Under the pieces are notes generated by a model, which had not been told where the DNA came from, searched no databases, and was given only the letters and a program-made list of their open reading frames with translations. A stretch of DNA of 64,000 nucleotides from Actinomycetota bacterium (lineage in GTDB: Bacteria > Actinomycetota > UBA4738), in assembly GCA_046726275.1 (NCBI GenBank), contig JBKPAF010000014.1:442-64441 (forward strand), read 5' to 3'. Below are positions 28,200 through 38,471 of this stretch, in pieces (the first letter of the stretch is position 1; the number at the start of each line of letters is the position of its first letter). The position numbers and the translations under genes were made by a program.

Positions 28200-28817
28200 A
28201 TGCAGAAGCTCGGACCCAAACACAGGATGTGCAGGCGAGTGGGCGCGGCGGTGTGTGGCCGCCCGAACTGCCCCACGAGCAAACCCACCAGCAAGCAGCG
28301 ACCGTACCCACCGGGCCAGCACGGGAGGGCGAGGCGACGGCTCACGGAGTATCACCTCCGGCTCCTGGAGAAGCAGAAGCTCCGTTCGATCTACTGGGTC
28401 GGCGAGCGCCAGTTCCGCCGGTATTTCCAGGAGGCCGCCCGCAAGAAGACTGTCACCGGCGAGGAGCTGCTTCGACTGCTGGAGACCCGCCTCGACTCCG
28501 TGGTCCTTCGGCTTGGGTTCGCGCAGACGATCCATCAGGCTCGCCAGCTCGTGTCCCACGGCCACATCCTCCTAGACGGCAAGCGGCTCAACGTCCCAAG
28601 CGCCACGGTCCGGGTTGGGCAGGTGGTCGAAGCAGGCCCGAAGGCGAAGAACTTCATATCCGTCCGGGAAGCACTGGAGGTCACGCCCGAGCCTCCCGCG
28701 TATCTCGAGCGAGACAAGGACGCGGTGCGGGGGCGGCTGATCAAGGCCCCCGAGCGGGCCGAGATCCCTCTCCCGGTTCCCGTCGAGGAGCGCCTGGTCG
28801 TCGAGTTCATGTCCTGA
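28200..28817 (+). CDS. rpsD: 30S ribosomal protein S4, stand-alone copy
   Basis: YPPGQHG, EY..RL.EKQKLR..Y, LETRLDSVVLRLGFA.T..QARQLVSHGHI. Confidence 0.93.
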   Translation: MQKLGPKHRMCRRVGAAVCGRPNCPTSKPTSKQRPYPPGQHGRARRRLTEYHLRLLEKQKLRSIYWVGERQFRRYFQEAARKKTVTGEELLRLLETRLDSVVLRLGFAQTIHQARQLVSHGHILLDGKRLNVPSATVRVGQVVEAGPKAKNFISVREALEVTPEPPAYLERDKDAVRGRLIKAPERAEIPLPVPVEERLVVEFMS

Positions 28818-28865
28818 CCGAAAGCGGACGAACCGTTTCGAGGAAGGACGGTCAGCGCGATCCTG

Positions 28866-29411
28866 TCACGGCGCCGGGGCCGTCGAGGGGGTGCGCCGCG
28901 ACGAGGGCGACATCCGCAGCAGGATGCCCCCCACGATGGTGAGGACACCGGCGATCAGCACGAGGTATAGGCCGATGTCGACCGAGACCGAGGCTTGGCC
29001 TGAGTCGAACAGCTGCTGGGCCACGGGCTTGGCAGCGGCCACCGGGATCCCCTGCTGAAGGGCCAGGCTCGCCGCGACACCGTCCACTGCCTCCGACTCC
29101 ACCGTGAGGACCTTGTAGAGAGCAAAGGCGGTGCCCGCCAGGCCCGCAACCAGGATGACGATCGCGCCGACGCGGGGGATACCTCTGGCCCACACGGCCC
29201 AGGCCGCGACCAGCAGGATTAGGATCCCGAGGACGAGGGACGCGATTCCTTCCCAGTCCTGGTCCCACAGGGACTCGCTGGCCGACCCGGTGGGGAGCTT
29301 GACCGTGGCGGCAGGGACGAAGGCGCCGATGATGAACAAGGCCCCGCCGATCAGCAGCAGGCCGATCCCCAGAACAGGCACGGACCCTCTGGTTCCGGAC
29401 GGCTCGTTCAT
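28866..29411 (-). CDS. hypothetical membrane protein (four TM helices)
   Basis: Alternating hydrophobic segments and a terminal V.IGLYLVLIAG motif. Start inferred. Confidence 0.65.
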   Translation of the reverse strand: MNEPSGTRGSVPVLGIGLLLIGGALFIIGAFVPAATVKLPTGSASESLWDQDWEGIASLVLGILILLVAAWAVWARGIPRVGAIVILVAGLAGTAFALYKVLTVESEAVDGVAASLALQQGIPVAAAKPVAQQLFDSGQASVSVDIGLYLVLIAGVLTIVGGILLRMSPSSRRTPSTAPAP

Positions 29412-29562
29412 ACGGGGCGCATTCTGTCGCCTCGGTAGGAGGCGAGTCAAGCTCCGACGGTTCCGTCCTCGTCCTCCAAGGCTGAATAGACGCTCGCATC
29501 CACGGGTAGCATCTGGACTGCCGGTGCCCTCCTTTGCCCCTGGGATTTCGTACCTTGAGTAG

Positions 29563-31113
29563 ATGAGCGTGGAGAACGGTCAGTCAGCAAGGACTGCGCC
29601 ACTCAGCGCGGCCACAGACGAACCCCTATCACGATGGTCATTGTCCAAGCTGACAGTCGGACCGATCCTGCCCTGGTTGGCGATCCTCTTCCTGGGCCTG
29701 GCCGCCTTGGGCGCGTGGTTCCTGATCGGCCCCTCACTGGGTGGAACCCGCTATTACAAGGTCGGCTACAACCGGACGGCATACGAGTACAGCCGGCCGA
29801 TCGTCCTGTTGTTCATCCCATTCTTCCTGGCGCTCATCGCGTGGCGCCGGGGACGGAGGGTCCCCCTGTGGGTACTCCTGGCCGGGGCGGCCGTCCTGCA
29901 CGTCCTGGTGCTCTTCGCCCCGCTCCCCCAGTCCCAGGACCTGTATCAATACCTCTTCTACGGACGGATGCAGGCCGTTCACGGGGCCAACCCTTTTACC
30001 GTCAATCCGAGCACCCTCTGGGCGGACCCCTGGTTCCCGTGGATCAGGTGGAACACGCAGCCAAGCGTCTACGGCCCGGCCTGGATCCTGCTTGCCTTCG
30101 GTGTGGTCAAGGCCGCGGGTGACAGCCTCGTCCAGGCGTTCATCGGCCTCAAGCTGGCCATTCTGCTCCTGGACGCCGCCATCGTCGGGTTGATCCTCGC
30201 CCTGGCCAAGGATCGGCCGGACCCGGAGGGCGCCAAGGGGTGGGGAGTCCTGGCGTATGCATGGAACCCGCTCGTCCTTATCACGGTCCCCCTCGCAGGG
30301 TCGGCCGACGTCGCCGTGGCCGTTGGCTTGCTCGGCGCCGTCCTGGCCCGTCGACGTGGGCGGACGGGCCTCGCCACTGTCCTGCTCACCCTGGCGTCGC
30401 TGGTGAAGGCCTATGCGCTCATCGGCCTCCTCCTGCACCTCGTTCTCCTCCTGCGGGAGCGAGGCGTGAAGCGAGCGGCCGGTCACGCAGGCGTCGCGGC
30501 CGGCCTGGCCGCCCTCGCATTCGCCCCCTACTGGTCCGGCTTTTCCACCTTCCAGGGACTGGTGAACATCGCCCGTATGCGGAACCAATCCTTGATGGGG
30601 AGCCTGGAGCGGGTGGTCTTTCGTCCGCTCCTCGCCGCGTTCGGCTACGGCACACCGACCCGGGGCTCGCAGCTCCTAGGGAAGTGGGTCGCCGGGCTCC
30701 TCCTTGGGGCCCTCGTGATCTGGGCGATCCGGCGCGTTCGAGACGAACGGAGCCTGTGGTTCAGCGTCCTGGCGGTGATGACGGGATATCTCCTGCTGTC
30801 CCCGTGGTTCCTGTACTGGTACATCCTCGGTCCGCTGGCCCTGGTGGCGGCCCTTCCTCGAAACAGGTTGACCTACCCCATCCTGATCTTTTCCGGCACG
30901 GCCCTGATCAGCCTGTACCTCACTCCGATCCAGGTGCTTCTGTCGGTACAGACGCTGGCCCGCTACGCCCCGCCGATCCTCGTGTTCGCCTATCTCGGGT
31001 GGCTGGCCCGAGAACCGGCAGAGGAGCCTCTCCTGACCCCACGCTCCGAGGCGAGACGGGCTGCGCCCTCCCCCGCCGGCCCGATCGCCGGACGAGCCCC
31101 TGCCGCGAAGTAG
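29563..31113 (+). CDS. GT-C fold polyprenol-sugar-dependent glycosyltransferase (MptB/GT87-like)
   Basis: Multi-TM protein; SQDLYQYLFYGR..A..GANPF, SVYGPAW, YAWNPLV, LLSPWFLYWY. Confidence 0.8.
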   Translation: MSVENGQSARTAPLSAATDEPLSRWSLSKLTVGPILPWLAILFLGLAALGAWFLIGPSLGGTRYYKVGYNRTAYEYSRPIVLLFIPFFLALIAWRRGRRVPLWVLLAGAAVLHVLVLFAPLPQSQDLYQYLFYGRMQAVHGANPFTVNPSTLWADPWFPWIRWNTQPSVYGPAWILLAFGVVKAAGDSLVQAFIGLKLAILLLDAAIVGLILALAKDRPDPEGAKGWGVLAYAWNPLVLITVPLAGSADVAVAVGLLGAVLARRRGRTGLATVLLTLASLVKAYALIGLLLHLVLLLRERGVKRAAGHAGVAAGLAALAFAPYWSGFSTFQGLVNIARMRNQSLMGSLERVVFRPLLAAFGYGTPTRGSQLLGKWVAGLLLGALVIWAIRRVRDERSLWFSVLAVMTGYLLLSPWFLYWYILGPLALVAALPRNRLTYPILIFSGTALISLYLTPIQVLLSVQTLARYAPPILVFAYLGWLAREPAEEPLLTPRSEARRAAPSPAGPIAGRAPAAK

Positions 31114-31176
31114 CTTCCCCGCCTGGAGCCGGCACCTCGCCCGGTTAGGAGAACCCGCTGCCGTAGACTCCGCTTG

Positions 31177-31464
31177 ATGGAGCTCTCCGAGTTTCAGGAC
31201 GTCATCAGGCGCACCTTCTTCGACCGGGACGCGGCAAGGGGCCGCGACGGCACGTTCCGATGGATGGTCGAGGAGGTGGGCGAGCTGGCGAAGTCGTTTC
31301 GGCGCGGTGATCGCAGGGAGATGGCACACGAGGTCGGGGACGTCCTGGCCTGGCTAGTGTCGGTGGCCAACGTAGCCGGGGTTGATCTCGAGGACGCCGC
31401 GAGCCGGTACGCACAGGGGTGCCCCACCTGCGGCAGCATCCCGTGCCGGTGCCTCCCCGCGTAG
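31177..31464 (+). CDS. MazG-like nucleotide pyrophosphohydrolase with Cys-rich tail
   Basis: WMVEEVGELA, EVGDVLAWL, C-terminal CPTCGSIPCRC. TAGACT 7 nt before ATG. Confidence 0.85.
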   Translation: MELSEFQDVIRRTFFDRDAARGRDGTFRWMVEEVGELAKSFRRGDRREMAHEVGDVLAWLVSVANVAGVDLEDAASRYAQGCPTCGSIPCRCLPA

Positions 31465-31494
31465 CCGGTCGACCCGACCAGAGAGGGGTGCAGG

Positions 31495-32337
31495 ATGACG
31501 AACGTGTTCGTCTCGATCGACATGGAGGGGATCGCCGGGATCGCCCACCTTCAGCAGGTGATTCGCGGCACCGGCGATTTCCAGGCCTCCCGGGAGCTGA
31601 TGACCGGGGAGGCAAACGCGGCCGTCGCGGGGGCCTTCGAAGGCGGGGCCACCGCCGTGGTGGTCAACGATTCCCACGGCGACATGTACAACCTGCTGGC
31701 CGAGCAGATGGATCCGCGGGCCGAGCTGTTGATCGGATCGCCGAAGGTGCTCTCGATGATGCAGGGGCTCGGGCCCGGGTTTCACGTCGCTCTGTTCATC
31801 GGGTACCACGCCGCAGCGGGCACGCAGGCAGCTGTCATGGACCACACCTACTCGGGCCGGCTGCTGTACGAGGTGCGCCTGAACGGCGAGCCCGTCACCG
31901 AGGCCGAGCTCAATGCGGCGTTCGCCGGGACCTACGGGGTGCCCGTCGGCCTGGTCACCGGCGACGACAAGATCTGTACGGTCTCGGCCAAGAAGATCCC
32001 CGGGGTCAGGACGGTCACGGTGAAGGAGGCCTTCGGAAGGAACGTCGCCAGGAGTCTCCATCCTCAGGCGGCTAGGGATGCCATCCGCGAGGCGGCGGCC
32101 GAGGCCGTCTCCGCCCGACAGGAGCTCGAGCCCTTTACGATCCACGCGCCCGTCATGCTTGAAGCCGACATCGCCAACACCAGCGCGGCCGACCTGTGCG
32201 CCCTGGCTCCTGGTACCGACCGCATCGGGCCGCGGACGGTCCGGTTCGAGACCGACGAGTTCATGGAGGCGTTCCGATGTCTGCTCGCGTGGACCTACCT
32301 GGGCGCGAGCGAGGCTCCTCGGTACGCCGGCACGTAG
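31495..32337 (+). CDS. M55 family D-aminopeptidase (DppA-like)
   Basis: SIDMEG, VNDSH, GYHA, HTYS, VTGDD. Confidence 0.92.
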   Translation: MTNVFVSIDMEGIAGIAHLQQVIRGTGDFQASRELMTGEANAAVAGAFEGGATAVVVNDSHGDMYNLLAEQMDPRAELLIGSPKVLSMMQGLGPGFHVALFIGYHAAAGTQAAVMDHTYSGRLLYEVRLNGEPVTEAELNAAFAGTYGVPVGLVTGDDKICTVSAKKIPGVRTVTVKEAFGRNVARSLHPQAARDAIREAAAEAVSARQELEPFTIHAPVMLEADIANTSAADLCALAPGTDRIGPRTVRFETDEFMEAFRCLLAWTYLGASEAPRYAGT

Positions 32338-32348
32338 CTGGGAGCCCG

Positions 32349-33128
32349 ATGACGATCGGGCCAGGCTCTGGTGGACACACGGACGCCCACCTCGAGATGA
32401 ACCGCGTGTACTGGACCTCAGAGGCGCCCCGCTACGCGGAGATCGCCGTCCGCAACTGGGCCGACTATGAGATCACCTGGGGGATCTGGGGCGCGTCGGA
32501 ATCAGACCTGCAGGTCCTCGGCGACGTCGAGGGGCTCGATGTCGTGGAGTTGGGCTGCGGAACCGCCTACTTTTCCGCCTGGCTGGCCCGGCGAGGAGCC
32601 CGCCCGGTCGGCGTGGACCTGACACCGGCTCAACTGGCTACGGCCAGAGCGATGCAATCGAGGTTCGGCCTGGCCTTTCCGCTGGTCGAGGCCACGGCCG
32701 AGCGCGTGCCCCTTCGGGACCACAGCTTCGACCTGGCCCTGTCCGAGTACGGCGCCAGCATCTGGTGCGATCCCTATCGATGGATCCCGGAGGCGGCCCG
32801 GGTGCTCCGGCCGGATGGACGCCTCATCTTCCTTCGCAACTCCACGATCCTGGTCCTCACCGAGGATCTCGATGGCGCCCACGCAGAGCTCCGGCGCGAC
32901 TACTTCGGGCTTCACCGGATCGAGTGGCCGGACACGCGGTCTGTGGAATTCCACCTGGGCTACGGGGACTGGATCCGGCTTCTACGCGCCAACGGGTTCG
33001 AGATCTTGAACCTCGTCGAGATCCAGTCGCCGGCCGGGGCAACCTCTCCCTACGAGGTCGTGCCGGCCGAGTGGGCCCATCGCTGGCCCAGCGAGGAAAT
33101 CTGGATCGCCCGAAAGGCGCGGTCCTGA
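32349..33128 (+). CDS. class I SAM-dependent methyltransferase
   Basis: VVELGCGTAY, GVDLT, SFDLALSEYGA, EAARVLRPDG. Confidence 0.88.
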   Translation: MTIGPGSGGHTDAHLEMNRVYWTSEAPRYAEIAVRNWADYEITWGIWGASESDLQVLGDVEGLDVVELGCGTAYFSAWLARRGARPVGVDLTPAQLATARAMQSRFGLAFPLVEATAERVPLRDHSFDLALSEYGASIWCDPYRWIPEAARVLRPDGRLIFLRNSTILVLTEDLDGAHAELRRDYFGLHRIEWPDTRSVEFHLGYGDWIRLLRANGFEILNLVEIQSPAGATSPYEVVPAEWAHRWPSEEIWIARKARS

Positions 33129-33145
33129 CACCTCGGCCGGGGGCG

Positions 33146-34189
33146 TCAGTCCAGCAGCTTTTCGGGGACGAGGAGCTCGGCGATCTGGACGGCGTTCAGG
33201 GCTGCGCCCTTGCGCAGGTTGTCGCCCGCGGCGAAGAACATCACGGTGGTCGGCTCTCCTCGGGGCTGGCGGATCCGCCCCACCAGGACGTCGTCGATCC
33301 CGGCCGAATCGAGAGGGGTCGGGTAGCCCCCGCTATCGGGTTCGTCGATCACTCTGACGCCTGCCGCAGCGGTCAGTGTCTCCCTGGCGCTCTCGGGAGT
33401 CACGGGTTGTTCGAACGTCGCGTAGACCGACACGCCATGCCCCGCCACGACCGGAACGCGGACGGCGGTGGCCGCCACCGGCAGGTCGGGGATCCCGAGG
33501 ACCTTCCTGACTTCGTCGCCCATCTTGAGCTCTTCAGTGGTGAACCCTGAGCCCTCGGGATCGAACCGCTCGACATGGGGGACCACGTTGAAGGCGATGG
33601 TCCGGCCGAAGACCTCACCGACCGGAAGGGCACCCTGGTCGGGATGGGTCAGCGACTCGACCTGATCGTGCAGCTTCTCCACCTGCTCGGCGAGCTCGCG
33701 GACCCCTTTCATCCCGGTCCCCGATACTGACTGATAGGAGGACGTCACCAGGAACTTGAGGCCGAAACCCCTGTGCAGCGGCCCAAGCGGCATGAGCGCG
33801 GTGATCGCGGTGCAGTTCCCGTTGGCGACGATCCCTGAGTGGTACTGCAGCGCCTCGGGGTTGATCTCGGGGATCACCAACGGCACACGGGGATCCATCC
33901 GAAACGCCGAAGAGTTGTCCACGCTCACCGTTCCCGCCGCGGCCGCCGCTGGGAGGATCTCCCTGGCCACGACGCTGCCTGCCGAGGTAAGGGCGAGGTC
34001 CACCGACTCGAACCACCGATCGTGGAGCGCCCGCACCGTGACCTCCTCGCCCCGGAAGCTCATCCGCTTTCCGTCCGATCGAGGCGAGGCGAACAACGAG
34101 AGATCGTCCAGAGGAAAGGCGCGTTCCTCCAGGAGGGACAGGATGGTCCGGCCCACGGCTCCCGTGGCGCCGACGACAGCTACCCGCAT
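33146..34189 (-). CDS. asd: aspartate-semialdehyde dehydrogenase
   Basis: VGATGAVG, DNSSAFRM, ANGNCT, YQSVSGTG, VRVPV..GH, DNLRKGAALNA. Confidence 0.96.
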   Translation of the reverse strand: MRVAVVGATGAVGRTILSLLEERAFPLDDLSLFASPRSDGKRMSFRGEEVTVRALHDRWFESVDLALTSAGSVVAREILPAAAAAGTVSVDNSSAFRMDPRVPLVIPEINPEALQYHSGIVANGNCTAITALMPLGPLHRGFGLKFLVTSSYQSVSGTGMKGVRELAEQVEKLHDQVESLTHPDQGALPVGEVFGRTIAFNVVPHVERFDPEGSGFTTEELKMGDEVRKVLGIPDLPVAATAVRVPVVAGHGVSVYATFEQPVTPESARETLTAAAGVRVIDEPDSGGYPTPLDSAGIDDVLVGRIRQPRGEPTTVMFFAAGDNLRKGAALNAVQIAELLVPEKLLD

Positions 34190-34198
34190 GAGCCCATC

Positions 34199-35440
34199 CT
34201 ACGGATGCTCCCGAACGGCCTCGGCGTCTGCCCCCAGGGCGAACTTCGCGTGGATGCATCGCACCGCGCGGTCCTTGTCACCGGCGCGGACCACGCAGGA
34301 GATACGGATCGACGACGTCGAGATCATCTCTATGTTGATCTGCTCTGCGGCTAGGGCGTCGAACATGTCGGCCACGACCGCGGGATTGCTCTTGATCCCC
34401 GCGCCGACCAGGGATACCCGGGCGACCGCGTCATCCGTCGTGTACCCCAACCCGCCCACGTCCTCGACCACGCGATCGAGCAACGCAGAGACGTGCGCCA
34501 GATCGGTCTTTGGGACGAGGAACGACACGTCCGCTCTTCCATCTCGCCCGGCGACCTGCACGATCATGTCCACTCCGGCGCCGTCCTCAGCGACGGCCCG
34601 AAAGATGGAAGCGGCCACCCCCGGCCGGTCCGGGATGCCCTGCAGGGTGATCTTGGCCTCGGAGTCGTCGGCCGCCACACCGGAGATGATGGCCTGTTCC
34701 ATGCGGACGTCCTCCTCGATAACCCACGTCCCCGGCTCGTCGGTGAAGGACGAGCGGACGTGGACCTTCACGCCGTGGGTCCGAGCGTACTCCACGGATC
34801 GGAGCTCGAGGACCTTTGCGCCCGACGCCGCCAGCTCCAGCATCTCCTCGTAGGAGACGGCGTGAAGGCGGCGGGCCTCGGGAAGGATGCGAGGGTCCGC
34901 CGTGAACACGCCACGGACGTCCGTATAGATCTCGCACGCCTCGGCCGAGAGCGCCGCCGCCAGCGCAACGGCCGTGGTGTCCGAACCTCCGCGACCCAAC
35001 GTGGTCACGTCGTACGCGGTCGACACTCCTTGGAAACCCGCGACGATGACGATGTTGCCTCTGGAGAGCGCCTCCAGGATGCGCCCGGGCCGGATGTCGA
35101 TGATCTTGGCCTTGCCGTGCGATGTGTCGGTGATGATCCCGGCCTGGGACCCGGTGTAGGAGGCTGCAGGGTAGCCGGCGGCGTTGATGGCGATGGCGAG
35201 CAGGGACATCGCCACGCGCTCGCCCGCTGTCAGCAAGAGGTCCAGCTCACGGGGATTCGGCCTGGGCGTGAGCTCGTGAGCCATGGCGGCGAGGTCATCC
35301 GTGGTGTTCCCCATCGCCGAGACCACCACGACCACGTCATGGCCCTGCTCCCTGGTACCGACGATCCGTTCAGCCACAGCCTGGATCCGGGCAGCATCGG
35401 CCACGGAAGTCCCGCCGAATTTCTGGACGAAGACGGACAC
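34199..35440 (-). CDS. lysC: aspartate kinase
   Basis: [29 protein letters not shown], two ACT domains. Confidence 0.96.
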   Translation of the reverse strand: MSVFVQKFGGTSVADAARIQAVAERIVGTREQGHDVVVVVSAMGNTTDDLAAMAHELTPRPNPRELDLLLTAGERVAMSLLAIAINAAGYPAASYTGSQAGIITDTSHGKAKIIDIRPGRILEALSRGNIVIVAGFQGVSTAYDVTTLGRGGSDTTAVALAAALSAEACEIYTDVRGVFTADPRILPEARRLHAVSYEEMLELAASGAKVLELRSVEYARTHGVKVHVRSSFTDEPGTWVIEEDVRMEQAIISGVAADDSEAKITLQGIPDRPGVAASIFRAVAEDGAGVDMIVQVAGRDGRADVSFLVPKTDLAHVSALLDRVVEDVGGLGYTTDDAVARVSLVGAGIKSNPAVVADMFDALAAEQINIEMISTSSIRISCVVRAGDKDRAVRCIHAKFALGADAEAVREHP

Positions 35441-35470
35441 GGCCGCGTCAGCGTAGCGCGCGGCCGTCGC

Positions 35471-36157
35471 CTACTGAGGGAGCTTCCCCTCCCGCGGGCG
35501 CCACGGGTTCAGCCTCTGGGGCGGCTCGCTCGCGTCGTACAGACACCGGTACAGCACGGCCCGGGGCGTGCTGATGCCTCGGCCGGTCACCTCGCCGAGG
35601 CCTTCCAGCCTGCGAATCATGATGATCGTGAAGATGGCGGCGGCCATCGCCACGAACTCGCCGGGCTGACCCTGGATGGCGGCGACGACCGGCACACTGG
35701 CCATCGCGATCGTCGTCGCCAGCCCGGTCACGCGTGCGGCCCCGCCGGCCACGATGAGTAAGCCCGCGATGGTCATCTCCACGGGGAGCAGGAACAGGAA
35801 CACGCCGGACGCCGCGGCCAGCCCCCGGCCTGCCATCTCCTTCAGGTAGAACGGGAACGCGTGGCCGACCACGACGGTGACCCCGCACAACGCAACCCAG
35901 GACGCACTGAGCCCGAGCCACTCTCGAGCCGCCGCCACGAAGACCAGACCCTTCAGCACGTCGAGCGTGGCGGCCAGGGCCGTCCAGCCCACACCCAGAT
36001 GTTTGGCCATCAGGATGTGGGGGTCCGTCTCTCCCGAGGCTCGCCCGGCCGCAACTAGCAGCCCATCCGCGCCCTTGGCCTTGGCCACGATCCAGGCAGA
36101 AGGGAACGTTCCCACCAGATACCCGACCGCTGCCCACACCAGCCCGTCGACACTCAT
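35471..36157 (-). CDS. plsY: PlsY-like glycerol-3-phosphate acyltransferase (divergent)
   Basis: GYLVGTFPSA, LDVLKG, GHAFP, multi-TM. Motif 1 (usually GxxNxGATN) and the GGKG loop are altered. Confidence 0.72.
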   Translation of the reverse strand: MSVDGLVWAAVGYLVGTFPSAWIVAKAKGADGLLVAAGRASGETDPHILMAKHLGVGWTALAATLDVLKGLVFVAAAREWLGLSASWVALCGVTVVVGHAFPFYLKEMAGRGLAAASGVFLFLLPVEMTIAGLLIVAGGAARVTGLATTIAMASVPVVAAIQGQPGEFVAMAAAIFTIIMIRRLEGLGEVTGRGISTPRAVLYRCLYDASEPPQRLNPWRPREGKLPQ

Positions 36158-36201
36158 CGCCCAAGACTACCCCGGGGACCCGCCCGAAGGGCCCGCGGGG
36201 C

Positions 36202-37032
36202 TCATTCGCAGAAGAAGGCCACCCCGACCAGGCCCGGTCCCGTGTGCGCTCCGATGACCGGGGTGACCTCAGAGAAGACCCGCTCAACGACGTTCGCGCG
36301 AGACGAGATCCGCTCGGCAACCTCCTCGGCCTCGCCGAGCGCGGCCGCGTGGAGGGCGGCCAGATGCACCGGCCGGTCCGCCATTTCCCCGACGGCATCG
36401 TCGACGATCCGCGCCAGGGCTTTCCGCTTCGTGCGGGATCGCGAGATCGGCACGACCTCTCCCCCCCGGAAGCCGAAGACCGGCTTGATGTCGAGCACCG
36501 TGGCGGCATAGGCCTGCAACTTCGTCACCCGACCTGACTTCCGCAGGAACTCGAACGTGTCCACCGTGGCAAAGAGGCGGGTTCGGCCGGCCACCTCTCT
36601 CGCCCGAGCCGCGACCTCCGGCAGGGAAGCGGCCCGGGCCGCGGCCCGAGCTGCCTCCACGGCCACGAACCCCTCCGCCATGGCCGCGCTCTGCGAGTCC
36701 ACGACCTCGACGGTTCCCCCGTATCGCTCTGCCGCCAGGGTGGCCTGATGATGGCTGGAGCTCATCGACGAGGCCACGGTCACACAAAGGATCTCGCTCT
36801 GCCCAGTGCGTTCGTACGCCTCGAGGAAGTCGCCCGGTGAGGGCGTTGACGTGGAGGCAACCACGCCGTCCCTGACCAGCCGTTCGTAGAAATCCGTGGG
36901 CGTCAGGTCCCGGCCGTCTCGATAGACCTGGTCGCCGAACTTCAGATACATTGGCACGACCTCGATGTCGAGCTCGCGCGCCAGTTCGTCTGGAAGATTG
37001 GCGGCGCTGTCGGCGACGATGGCTACTCCCAT
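36202..37032 (-). CDS. DegV/FakB fatty-acid-binding protein
   Basis: IVADSAA, STSTPSPG, SS.MS, VDS, L.KSGR, VIGAHTGPG. Confidence 0.92.
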   Translation of the reverse strand: MGVAIVADSAANLPDELARELDIEVVPMYLKFGDQVYRDGRDLTPTDFYERLVRDGVVASTSTPSPGDFLEAYERTGQSEILCVTVASSMSSSHHQATLAAERYGGTVEVVDSQSAAMAEGFVAVEAARAAARAASLPEVAARAREVAGRTRLFATVDTFEFLRKSGRVTKLQAYAATVLDIKPVFGFRGGEVVPISRSRTKRKALARIVDDAVGEMADRPVHLAALHAAALGEAEEVAERISSRANVVERVFSEVTPVIGAHTGPGLVGVAFFCE

Positions 37033-37053
37033 GCCCCCTATCCTTCCATCTCC

Positions 37054-38346
37054 GTGACGGTCTCAGCTGAGCAGAGCTCCACGGGCGGGTTTCGCGAGGT
37101 CCTGTCTTCGAAGGGCTTTCGCCCGTTGCTCGCCGGCCAGGCCGTCTCGGGACTGGGTGACTGGGTGGCGACGCTCGCCTTCATCGTCGCCGCGTTCGAG
37201 CTGACCCACAACCAGACGGCAGTGGCGGTGGTCCTCGTCCTGCGGCTGGTGCCTCCCATCTTCGCCGCGCCAGTCGGCGGCGTGGTCGCCGACCGCGTCT
37301 ATCGCCGAACCATCATGGTCACGTGTGATCTCACCAGGGCAGCCCTGATCGTCCTGGTTCCTTTCGTGAACATCGGATCGCTGTACACCATCGCCTTCGT
37401 TCACGAATGCATCTCCTTGTTCTTCATCCCGGCCCGCGACGCAAGTGTCCCCATGCTCGTCCCGCGCAGATCCCTGACCGAAGCGAACGGGCTGATCCTG
37501 GCTTCGTCCTACGGCACCATACCCATCGCCGCCCTGGCCTTCAGCGGCCTTCGAGCGGTTGCGGAGCACATCCCGAGCTGGATCCCCTTCGCCCATTTGT
37601 TCCGGGAACACCCCACCTCGTTCGCATTCTTCTTCGACGCAGCCACGTTCGTGTTCTCGGCGGCCATGATCTCGCGGCTTCAGCTTCATCGGGAGTCCAA
37701 GAGGGAGGACATCGAGCTCTTCGAGGGCCTTTGGGAGGGCATCCGGTATGTCCGTGCTCACCCCGGGCTCAGAGCGCTCTCCTACGGGCTGATCGTCTCG
37801 ATGTTCGGTGGCGGGGTGTTGTTCGCCGTGGGCATTGGTTACATCCGGGAAACGCTCCATGCCAACGACGTCGCGTTCGGCTGGCTCGCCGCTCTGTGGG
37901 GAACCGGTATGGGGATCGGTCTGGTCATCGTCCGATTCTTGATCAAACGCGGCCAGGCGGTGGTCTTCCTCGCCGCGGTCGTGGTGTGTGGCGGTGTCCT
38001 GCTCGTGATGGCGCTCCTGCCGTATCTGTGGCTTGCGTTCATCGCGGCGGTGGTTTTCGGTGCGGCCTTCTCCGTGGCCATCCTCATCGCACTGACCATC
38101 GCCCAGGAGGTGGCAGAGGATCGGATCAGGGGCCGGATCATGGCAGGAGTCCAGATGCTCTTCCGGGTCGGCCTCGGAGTAGGAGCTCTGGGGATCGGGG
38201 CGCTGGCCCAGTCCGTCGACGAGGTGAAGTTGGTGATCACCCTCGACGGAAATCAGATCGGACTCATCGCGGGAGGCATCTTGATCCTCCTCGGGGCGGC
38301 CGCTTCGGCCGGACTGGCCCGGCCCGGCGTGTGGACCGAGGCGTAG
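37054..38346 (+). CDS. MFS transporter
   Basis: About 12 TM helices; GGVVADRVYRR (MFS motif A). Confidence 0.88.
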   Translation: MTVSAEQSSTGGFREVLSSKGFRPLLAGQAVSGLGDWVATLAFIVAAFELTHNQTAVAVVLVLRLVPPIFAAPVGGVVADRVYRRTIMVTCDLTRAALIVLVPFVNIGSLYTIAFVHECISLFFIPARDASVPMLVPRRSLTEANGLILASSYGTIPIAALAFSGLRAVAEHIPSWIPFAHLFREHPTSFAFFFDAATFVFSAAMISRLQLHRESKREDIELFEGLWEGIRYVRAHPGLRALSYGLIVSMFGGGVLFAVGIGYIRETLHANDVAFGWLAALWGTGMGIGLVIVRFLIKRGQAVVFLAAVVVCGGVLLVMALLPYLWLAFIAAVVFGAAFSVAILIALTIAQEVAEDRIRGRIMAGVQMLFRVGLGVGALGIGALAQSVDEVKLVITLDGNQIGLIAGGILILLGAAASAGLARPGVWTEA

Positions 38347-38471
38347 CGGTCGGCGCCCGATCCTCCGGTATCAGGTCCACGGCTCCGTGGATATGCTGTT
38401 GCCTCCGGCAAGGTGGCTCCGGTCCGGGGCGGCCGGCGCCTCCTTCTGTCCTTTCGGAGAAAGGAGGGGAG

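Noticed and set aside
37407-38471. Apparent 722-aa ORF suggesting a fusion upstream of aapJ
   Set aside because: Alternative-frame overlap with the MFS gene; AapJ has its own SD and lipoprotein signal at 38472.
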